Shown: one piece after another, positions 54,091 through 64,000 of the stretch
How the letters are laid out: the number at the start of each line of letters is the position of its first letter
Numbering within the stretch: position 1 is the stretch's first letter
Assembly: GCA_951406725.2 (NCBI GenBank)
Contig: OX597825.1
Location: 63,488,001-63,552,000 of the forward strand
From: Octopus vulgaris
Taxonomy: Eukaryota
Length of the DNA stretch: 64,000 nt
Reading direction: 5' to 3'
Notes under the pieces: generated by a model
Told to the model about the DNA's origin: nothing
What the model saw: only the letters and a program-made list of their open reading frames with translations
Database searches by the model: none
Position numbers and translations under genes: made by a program

Positions 54091-54310
54091 GTATTTCGTC
54101 TACATATATTCAGGTTTATTTTTCAATGTCTCTGTGCTGTACGTAATTTCTTACACGTGCTACAGTAAATGTGCTATAGTGAATGTGTTATTGTTGAATT
54201 GAGAGACGATCCTTCTAATAATTCAGCCCGTTGGGTTTTTAGATATTTGTAAAACGTCTCAAATTTTACCATTGATGTTATGATGATAATTCGTAATTTA
54301 TACAATCTGT
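54091..54310 (-). pseudogene. Cadherin-like exon remnant
   Basis: Acceptor tttttcctAG (54311-2); INYELSS*H (LNYE-like), then NPTG*II...TIAHLL. Confidence 0.45.
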
Positions 54311-54799
54311 CTAGGAAAAAAATAGTGCTAAGGGGTTGTTGTTGGCAGATGTATGGAGTAGAAATTAATGACTGGGAAATATTTTGTTGAAATTGGACTG
54401 GTACATAATGAGTTTGTTACGAAAGATTGTGCAAGATGATTAGAGAATTTTACTGTAATGATATTACTTTTTCTCTTTTTTCATCTGTATTTTTTCAAAC
54501 CATGACGTCTTAAGGACAATATAGTATTTACGTTAAGGCGTTGTTTATGAGATTGCTAAGGCGTAGTACTTAAAGAGCTAGACTTTTAGGGTTGTTGGTT
54601 GGGGGTCAGTGCACAAATACACATACTCACATATAATCATGCATACGAGTATCTGCATATATGTACCCAGTCACAGACTGGGTACGTATTTTTCGAGTGC
54701 ATAATAAGTATATATGTGAATGCATCTGTATTTGTGTTTGTGCGTATTATGAACAAAAAAGGACAAGAAGTAAAATAAGAAAATGTGCATCTTCTAAAC

Positions 54800-55065
54800 A
54801 GGACATGATTTTGAATACGTCCTTCATAAAAAACCTAAAAGCTGATGAAGAATCTAGAAACAAAACATTCACAGAACTTGACATATCTACAAACATGAAC
54901 TTAATACAACTAAGCCCTGGAGGACACACAGCACTCACGAATATCTTTAACAACTCGTCCGAAGACAGCGCAAATCCAAGAATCTGGAAGCCGGTTAAGA
55001 TTAGAGTAATAATCAAGTACCAACAAAATGCTAGTGATGTATTATCATACATGTCCATCGCAGAA
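54800..55065 (+). mobile_element. LINE reverse transcriptase N-terminal fragment
   Basis: LIQLSPGGHTALTNIFNNS...PRIWKPVKIRVIIK...LSYMSIA resembles LxxIFNxS...PxxWKxAxIxPIxK...SYRPIS. Confidence 0.65.
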
Positions 55066-56273
55066 TAATATATATATATTATCCCAAATTTTATGACACG
55101 GGCATGCTCTTACATTCAATTGCCATGTGTATGTGTGTAGCAAACCTAACACAGAAAATATATAATGGCTTCATCAATAGCAATGTTTCACCATGTCACA
55201 CTATATAACATCGACGTCAGGAAATATATCTACTCTATTTCCTTGCTTTTACTCTTGAAAATATACTTGAAACCACCTGAAGAAACAATGCCAAACGATG
55301 ACTAGTAAACTGTGAAGTTGTAAAACCGATGAGATGTTCAAGTAGAAGGCATTTAGACTGTGTTATGTCCCAAATAGTATTACTACAGAGATTCATCTTC
55401 TCATGTTCTCTGTGTTATCTAGATAATATTGCATTTAAATCCTCCCACTATTCTCCAGATCTGGGTACAAAACTGCTCAAACTATTCTATAAGTAAACTG
55501 AGAAAACTGGCTTCACAGCTACGGACGTAAAATTGTATCGAAAATTTATACTGCTGCCCTTTCTAAGAGAAACACCAGACATAAATAGATGTCAAGCGTA
55601 AACATACCTCACACACACACACACACATGAACGCACACCCACCCACTCACACACACACAAACACACATGCATACACACACACGCATGAAGGCACGCCCAC
55701 CCACTCACACACACACACAAATTACGAAAGGTCAAGAGTTACATACGACCTTTATATGATATTCGAATCATAAAGGACTTATAGAAACAAATCTGCGTTG
55801 TCTACAGATATACCTAGAGTAATAATAGGCTCTCCTTTAGCTAATGTAAAGGAAAGGAACAAACAAAATAATGTACGCACAACGTATTAGATTCCGCATT
55901 CGCGGGTGTGGATTACATGTGATTATAGCGATGTAAATAAAATGAGGTAGCCTTAGCTGTTAATGTAATCCTTAAAATAAACTCGACCGAAGAGCTGGTA
56001 TCTTGGCTTAGGGTAAAGGTCCTTATCCAAACTTTGACCTTGGTTCAAGGCCAATTTTAAAAGTACCTATGGTATATTTATTGTTATACACATGTGTATA
56101 TAACCGGTAATTATTTCATAGTTAAGAGGAAGATAAACATTGACATTTGAACCAGGTATCTGCCAAGTGAACTAGGGCAATTGATTTACACTGCTGCATT
56201 ACTGTATTTCTTGTTTATAGCTTTTATCACAAATAGCAAGCGTTTCTATTCAATAGACACGAAAAACATTTAC

Positions 56274-56423
56274 TTGAGGGTGTTGCTATTGTTTGTGAAA
56301 TGAACTGACACCAACTGATTCACGGAATCTCGTATTAGTATCGTCTCGCTAGAATAATTCTATTTACTGCTCAGCATTCGACAATTTGATAAAGTATTGA
56401 AAGAAGACCGTTCAGTAACATTA
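56274..56423 (-). pseudogene. Cadherin-like exon remnant
   Basis: Acceptor atttacAG and donor GTAAAT; reads LYQIVEC*...(frameshift)TILIRDSVNQLVSVHFTNN, resembling YxIxV...IxVxDxNE. Confidence 0.4.
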
Positions 56424-57582
56424 CTGTAAATGTTTAGACATCTCAATTATATTTTATAGACTTATAATAACGCTATTTTCTTGATCAAAACATATTTATA
56501 GGGTCAAATGATTATAATTATTGCTGTCAAAGACCATTTTTGGTAGACGACTGAAGTATTCATTAGAAGTGATTTATATACTACACCCACTCTAAGAGGT
56601 ATCGGTGTTCTGATTTTCTAATAGCCCTATAAATGGCACTTTAGCAGCTAATTCTGTTAACTATTTTTATCGATAATGTTAATTATGATAATTGTCCAGG
56701 ATACATAATTCCTTTGTAATTCTTAAATAAAAGAGACAGAATTTTTGGTGGCAATCATCTCAACAATTTTCTGCTTTTGTCAGTTACTACCTGAGTATAG
56801 GGAATTGTTGTAGTTTGAATCTCTCAGCTTCAGTGTAATAAGTATTTAATAATATCAAGGTTTATGGTTCGAAATTTACTTTAACATTTTAGAGCAGCAT
56901 TCCTATCAAATGTAATATATGATTCAGTAATATGGGATAGCAAAAGCTCTCTTATATAATCATAAATTATATTGTCTAATCCACTTAGTGTTACTTAAAG
57001 CGTGGGGAAATAGCGTACAGATGTATTTGCAATAGGGAACATCGTGACGGAAATATAGGGTGAAGCACTTATGTAATGCTAAATAAGGATTCGTATAATG
57101 CATATGTTTCTTGTATCACGCATTTCTAATTGCAAAGGCGGTGTTACAAATTACAACCCAACCACGTTCTATTCTTTTACTGAAAGCAAAAACTGGATGT
57201 ATTGGATTGTGCAATATTTAAATGCGTCAAATTGGCAGAGGTATAAGAATATGATGCACAGACATGTTTGTGTGTTGCAGGTAGTCGCTTTGCGGCCAGA
57301 TGGTTTCGGGTCCAGTCCCACTCTACGACAACTTGAGCAAACTTGTATTATAGCTGCAAGCCGATCAATGCATTGTGAATGAACTTGTAGACGGAAACTC
57401 TGTGAGAGCCCTCCGAATATATGTCCAAAATTGAGACGTGTATCAACGTTCAAATGTGATACGCTCGAGCAATTGTAAAAAGTAGCTTTGTCAGCCCACA
57501 ATGCTGTGCAAAGCACCCATTCTCACTTTGTGAATTTAGTGCGTGTGGTATGTATGTATATACGTACATACATACATACATA

Positions 57583-57647
<65 letters not shown>

Positions 57648-57654
<7 letters not shown>

Positions 57655-58303
57655 AAAAATACAAACTAGGACAAGAACGTGAAACATTTAGAAGACTATA
57701 GAAAAACACGGACGGGACATTCGAAGCCTTCAATCTTCAGTCAAGAACCGGATCATCTTCGCAATTTCGGCTGATTAATCTTGAGATTGCTCCGATCTGG
57801 CCAGCCCCAAAGGAAAATCTAAGCCAAGCGCATTAGATTCCTTGGAAGAAAGCCTCGAATGTATACAAAACAAGGACGGAAAACCGGACGATGTTACACG
57901 AATAAAAATACAAAAAATACGTAAAAACAATAATGATAATAATAATAACAACAAAAATAGGACGTCACAGACAAGCGTCTTTTCGACAAGACGAGTAAAT
58001 TTTTGAGCTGGCGTTAGAAAAAAGCCTTAGGGCTACAGAGATAAAAAAATGTGTCTTGCCGCAACGGCTGCTGACCACGAAGAGGCTAGTCACGTGTGAG
58101 GGAAAGAGAGAGGAAAAGAGGGACAGATGAAGAGAGAAAGAAGGGGAACAAGGAATAAAAGGAGGAGGAGAAGAGAGAGAGAGAGAGAGTGAGAAAGAGA
58201 CAGATCAAAGTGGAGTGCAAAGTGTGAAAGGCAGAGAAATGTAGGAGAGGGGGAGAGAGACAGTGTTGTAGAGTCGTACCATGTGTTAAAGAATATATAC
58301 TTA
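57648..58303 (-). mobile_element. TA-flanked structured non-coding cassette (Penelope pLTR-like)
   Basis: Contains a degenerate type I HHR (57964-58077), a permuted HHR candidate (57725-57790), several hairpins and a GA-rich segment. Confidence 0.5.
57725..57790 (-). ncRNA. Candidate non-circularly permuted hammerhead (strand order 3-2-1)
   Basis: GCAA-UC-UCAAGA..AGCC-GAAA-UUGC..UCUUGA-CUGAAGA-uugaa-GGCU; stems I (6 bp) and III (5 bp) are in exact register. Confidence 0.4.
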
Positions 58304-58680
58304 CGTATAAGACCAAAAAGGGTAAGTCGCTGCTTATATATATATGTAAGGATCAGGTACTGTTTCTCAGTACCCTTAATTATTTCTATATAATTATGTA
58401 TTGATAATAATGTTCACTCTTTTGACTTTTATTACGTGCTGATCACTGATAAGATCATTAATTGATTTTATCCTTAATTATGTGTGCATATGTATTTATT
58501 TCGTCACTCGGATCCTGATATTTACTGTGGTAATACATTGATCAAATACGCACGTGGTTGAGATGAATAATCAGATTTACCTTGTGTGTATCTGTGGATA
58601 TATGTATATATTTGTATATACGCGAACGTATTTGTATGGGCCTATATATATATATACTTACATTTATGTACTTCTGGTAT

Positions 58681-58741
58681 ATTCTACTGATGACAGTAAA
58701 GTAATTTGTATTACTAAACCAGAAATCGGACGATCTAGAAT
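58681..58741 (+). ncRNA. Type I minimal hammerhead ribozyme, near intact
   Basis: ATTCTA/TAGAAT stem I; CTGATGA 58687-93; stem II with AGTAAT/ATTACT; GAAA 58722-25; ATCG-GA-CGAT stem III; AUC site. Confidence 0.75.
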
Positions 58742-58897
58742 TAACCTCAAAATTTTACTTAATCTCTTTTATTCATTTGCTCAGTTTCAGCCTTCGGCTA
58801 ATGTAATGTAATTTGAAGTGGTTTTTAGAGTCTTTTGGTGTCTATTTCTAGCGTGTAGTTGCATATATATATATACGTGTTTGTGTATGTACATATC

Positions 58898-58931
<34 letters not shown>

Positions 58932-59299
58932 TGTATGTATGTATGTATGTATGTATGTATGTATGTATGTATGTATGTATGCATGTATATATGCCTGTAT
59001 GTATTTATGTATTCATGTATGTATGTATGTATGTATGTATGTATGTATGTATGTCTGTATTGTATTGTATAAATTAGCCTTTCGGCAAGAGACACCGGTA
59101 GTATATATATCACACTTAGAAAATGGATATGGGCTCGATTTCACTACACCCTTTACGATTGTGTCCCAAGATCACCACAGTCCAATAACTAAAACAAGCA
59201 AAAGATGAAATAAAATATATTTTCCTGCTCTTTGATTTCTGTGTTGAAAACAAACCGTATGGATTATCCGTACATATATATTTATTGTAGTATTTAAAG

Positions 59300-59520
59300 A
59301 ATCTTAGTATATTTGGAAATTTATCGACTTAAAGAACGATTTTTCAGTGATAGACGAACTAATAGCACCATCGAATTTTTAGTTTCTTTAGCGGAGTACA
59401 CACTTTTTATCAGCTTTCGTGCTGGGTCATGCTTTTACTGTTGTTTTCCTTCCTCTCCACAATTTGTTTTGGAAAACTTGTAAAATTTAAGGGCACTGAT
59501 CTTTCTTCTTTGCTATATCA
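59300..59520 (-). pseudogene. Cadherin-like exon remnant
   Basis: Acceptor tcatttttcAG at 59521-2; reads ...ILQVFQNKLW...KCVLR*RN*KFDG..., a weak cadherin pattern. Confidence 0.3.
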
Positions 59521-60615
59521 CTGAAAAATGACCGTTCTATTGAATTAAGAATATAGCCATTTATAAAATTATTCTTCTTATAATTTTAAAATAGAGGCGC
59601 AGACGTGGTTACGGGTTCACTTTCACTGCATGGTATAACTTTGTGTGAATCAAGTTATTCGTAGTATGCAGTATCATTTATGTTATAGTCGTCAAATACT
59701 TTTAATACATTTTGAAGCTGAAAAGAAAGTAAATCAGATTCAACTCAATGCAGAGTTTCTAAGTTTTGCAACATTTGTGTTTGACTTCCATGTGCTGTTG
59801 TTGTTTATTTCATATTTCAAGAGTAGTTTATTTAAACAGGAACTTGTTTCATTCATAATTAATCCAATCAATAACTCACCTTTGTTTAAATTACTAAATC
59901 AATCAGCGTTGATTGATTATTCAACTAAAACATTGATTTTATGGCAAAATTCAATATTTGATAATGATAGAATATTTAAATTAAACTGCATCGCTATTGT
60001 TCTTTGAAAACAAAACAAAACAAAAATGAAAAAAAAAAGAAAGAAAATAGACTCAGTGTACAATAAATACATTTAAAATAAATTATAAGCTCGCAATAGT
60101 ATTGATATAGTTATCATTATCGCAGTTGTTACTGCTATTCTTGTTTAGTTCTCATCATCATCACCATTATCATCATTATCATCGTTATTATTATCATCAT
60201 CATCATGCGTCTCCTCTTCCTTATCATCATCAGTAGTAACATCAGCATCATCTTCGGTGATGATTCCATATTGTTTTGATTAAAGCCATTGATTATTCCA
60301 TGAGAGAATTTTATTTTCCATCATTGAAAACTATTTCAAACATTTCTCCAATTTATGACGTATCTATTCCTATTTAAGTTAATTTCAACTTTCCGAATCC
60401 AGCGATCTGTTTCTTCTTTCATCTATTGATTTTGAACAAACAAGATGATAAAATACGTGTGGGTTGTGAATGAAACAAACAAACAAACAAAAAAAAAACC
60501 AATAAATTAGGAGGTTTGAAAGTGTCTACGTTTTGTCTTCTTACGCTATCCTTCAATTTCTTCTGAATATTGTTCTTTTAAATAATTTTTACATTTCTTT
60601 GTAAATAGCATTTAC

Positions 60616-61100
60616 ATTCCCTCATAAAGAAGTGGAAACGCATGGGGCCTGATGTGTTATAAAATGGCAGGAAATTTCACACAGCCATTCGATATTTATT
60701 GCAACAGTATCTTAGAATACGCATTAGAAGACTACAGTATTAAATGGTGCCGAAATTAATTTTCTTTTCGTTGTCGGTTTTGGATAATCCCCTGCGAAAA
60801 TTACAGGTTTCTACGTTATGACAACAGAATATATCTCGTGGCTTGTTCTTCATTCCTCCTTCACCAAACTACACTTTAGGGAAGGCTAAATGGGTCTCTG
60901 TAAGTATCCAAATTTGAAGAGTATTAGCGCTGTTAAGTAAGGCTATTTTTCTGCTATGATTTCTAAAAGGTCTGTCACATCTGTCTAAGTAATTCTTAGC
61001 ATTTTCGAGAATACATCGTAGCTGTAGGTCATGAATTATACGCAGCTACTTAATTATTTACATTCACTGGAGACAGACAGTTATTTAGTCAAGTGAAACA
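60616..61100 (-). pseudogene. Cadherin-repeat-like exon remnant
   Basis: Acceptor ctactttcAG (61101-2) and donor GTAAAT (60610-15). One frame reads RPI*PSLKCSLVKEE*RTSHEIYSVVIT*KP...APFNTVVF*CVF*DTVAINIEWLCEI, following cadherin spacing PxxIxLxxxxVxE...PFxI...LNYE. Confidence 0.55.
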
Positions 61101-61519
61101 CTGAAAGTAGATCAGAATTTTATCATGTATTAAATTTACAGGTGTTATGGGTTTCAGTAAATAGTTTCTTTCGGATATATGCTAATAAGATTACTTCAGC
61201 TAAGTATTTAGAGAAATTCATTTATCACGTCGAAATAAGTCAGTCCCCTTGAGTATGTATTTAACTGGATATTTTCGTGTAACATTGGATTTCAAATGTT
61301 CTTTAAAAAATCTGAATACTTTCACACGGAATGAAGCGAATGTACGCGACTAATCAGATATATGTATATACGCACAATTAAATATACATATGTACACGTA
61401 TATGTATGTGCGTGTAGGGGCGAGAGAGAGAAAAAGAGAGTATTATGTGCCGTGTATGCTTCTGCTATGTAAATATCTACCTTCTTATGTATACAGGATA
61501 TCCCCAAAATATATTTCTT

Positions 61520-61912
61520 TCACTCTTTTACTTGTTTCAGTCATTTTGACTGTAGCCATGCTGGAGCACAGCCTTTAGTCGAGCAAATCGACCCCAGGAC
61601 TTATTCTTTGTAAGCCTAGTACTTATTCTATCGGTCTCTCTTGCCGAACCGCTAAGTTACGGGGACATGAACACACCAGCATCGGTTGTCAAGCGATGTT
61701 GGGATGACAAACACAGACAACAAACACACATATATATATACATATACAGGACAGGCTTCTTTCAGTTTCCGTGTACCAAATCCACTCACAAGGCTTTGGT
61801 CAGCCCGAGGCTATAGTAGAAGACACTTGCCCAAAGTGTCACGCAGTTGGACTGAACCCGGAACCATATGGTTGGTAAACAAGCTACTTACCACATAGCA
61901 ACTCCTGCGCCT
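61520..61912 (-). mobile_element. SINE family A, full length
   Basis: Collinear with 3617-4036. Confidence 0.9.
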
Positions 61913-62682
61913 ATCTAGTTAAAGAATGATTATAAAGTCCATGTATATTAAAATTTGAAACCATTACGAATATTAAACAAAGTCGCTGAGATTGAAGAAG
62001 CGATAGCACGCCGAATAAGACGCTTAGCGGCATTTCGTCCATCTTTACGTTCTAAGTTCAAATTCCACTTTCCTTCCTTTCGGAGTCGAAATAATGGATA
62101 CCACTCGTGTGCCGGTTTCATTGCAATCACATTCGCCCTCCACTCAGACACTGCTGGCCTTGTGCTAAAATATCGAACCATTGTTTCATAACTCTTACAT
62201 CGTTGTCTTCCTCTTTATTGTAGTTTTTGATACTTATAATAGATTGAGCGCTGAAAAAAGCAAACAAAAAAAAACGCACACATATCCGGCAGGAACTGTT
62301 CTGATTTTATGTAAGGCAGAGTGCAGCGTATCTACGTTATTCAAAGCATCCGCTCACATTCAAGAGCCGCTTTGCAATGGGGTATGATATGAGAGATAGG
62401 TAGCGGTGCTATGTCGAGTAAATCGAGAAGTTACCAAGTTGTTTTCTCCGTTTCGAATTCTTAATATCGTGAACTCCGCAGAAATGTAATCTCTGTCCTT
62501 GTTATTCTTTTAGTTGGTAGTTTTAATTTGGATGTTATTCTTAAAATCCTTTTATACCGGTCTTGCCAATTGATGTCTGTTATTAACCAAAACAGTTAAA
62601 TAAAAAAATAATAATAATAACAGCAACAATAATAATGATGATGATGTTGATGATGATGATAATAATAATAATGATGATGATG

Positions 62683-62713
<31 letters not shown>

Positions 62714-62763
62714 TAATAAAAAACAACAACAACAATAACAACAACAACAACAACAACAACAAC

Positions 62764-62828
<65 letters not shown>

Positions 62829-62829
62829 T

Positions 62830-63362
62830 AGTGGCTCTCATGGCTTCTGATCTTAACTGATTGGAAGTGTTATGTACATTGATTTGTCTTGGTATAAAAG
62901 ATGGGCTACAGCAAATATTCTGCTCAATACCACAGATTTGCTTGTCAGTTGTTTGAACTTAACCAGTTGAGCATGTCCCTTAGTGGCTGACGATATGTGC
63001 ATCTCTGATCATGAGCAGAAGTAGTGGGGGAGCATCATAGCCATGTGTTGAGAGGGATTCTTTGCGGTTTGAATAATTCACCTCTGGAAACATGGGTGGT
63101 TCTTTCAACATCCTTAAACGACCCTTATTCAGGGACCTTTTGAGCGGGATGGGCTACTAAACCTGAAGAAAATTCTAACTGGGCCCCACCCCTGAAAGGT
63201 CATGAGCTGTTTATCTTGATATGAGATCATCATGTCACGCACATATGGTTGTGATGCATGTGCCTGGTGTACCCTTATCAGACGGGTAGTCATGATGGGT
63301 ATATTGGGCTTCGTATATTTTACCCAAGTGTCACTTTGATGGCATGAACTGCTCTCTCACTC

Positions 63363-63364
<2 letters not shown>
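62830..63364 (+). mobile_element. Family C retroelement in (TAA)n
   Basis: Reverse complement of 12466-13001; (AAT)n on both sides; lacks the 5'-most ~20 bp. Confidence 0.85.
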
Positions 63365-63441
<77 letters not shown>

Positions 63442-63628
63442 GAAAGCAACATCCATTCATGAATTTATTTATTTGTTAATTTTTTTAAATACATATTTTA
63501 CCTATGAATTTGTGTGTGTAATCTGGGAATGCATACAATGAGCTTCTCTGCCCTAGGTGTACGGAAAATACTCGGCGAGAAATGGAAGAAAATTTGAAGA
63601 AGGAAAAAAACAATAATAATAATGATAG

Positions 63629-63665
<37 letters not shown>

Positions 63666-64000
63666 AATATAGATGATGATGATGATGATAATAATAATAG
63701 TAACAAAAACAACAACCTATGCTATAATGAAGGAAGCTGCTTATTAATTAGGTTTCTAACAATTACTAAAAATACTAACAGAGTTGGTCATCTGGAAATA
63801 CTTTCATAAATGCCTGTTCTAAGAAATTTCCTAAACTTTCGATTTCTAAAGTTTAATGAACTTTTTGAACTCCAATTTTTGAACACAAATTTAAATATTC
63901 ACTGCGTCCAGTTCATCTCAAATTATAAATATTCATTGCATTCACTGCGGAGTACTCCATTTCATTTGTAAAGTCTCTCATTTTCTCTTTTAAGTTTTAA

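Noticed and set aside
54842-54862. CTGATGA...GAAA
   Set aside because: Within a LINE RT coding remnant; stems do not pair.
55608-55720. Tandem ~60-bp CA-rich duplication
   Set aside because: Ordinary slippage within a degenerate (CA)n tract.
63582-63809. Acidic Asp/Asn-rich ORF
   Set aside because: Derived from (GAT)n/(AAT)n repeats; no splice or homology support.

Overview
AT-rich, microsatellite-dense eukaryotic DNA. The tRNA-derived SINEs look like those of octopod cephalopods (inference from recalled repeat families, not checked). No intact protein-coding gene is visible, and most listed ORFs are microsatellite artefacts. Hand translation suggests four layers. (1) A heavily decayed, intron-containing gene on the minus strand (~7.7-61.1 kb) with many cadherin-repeat-like exons, EGF-like exons and a transmembrane exon. 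(2) Remnants of Penelope-like elements (RT, GIY-YIG), R4/Dong-type RLE LINEs, Helitron, mariner, Chapaev3 and a piggyBac-type MITE, plus three SINE families and a (TAA)n-targeting non-coding retroelement. (3) About ten hammerhead-ribozyme (HHR) motifs in short cassettes between (TA)n/(TACA)n tracts, including one fully canonical type I HHR and a candidate non-circularly permuted (3-2-1) HHR. (4) Several 0.6-0.75 kb fold-back palindromes, two of them built around HHR half-motifs. All protein and RNA calls come from manual reading and need HMM/covariance-model confirmation.
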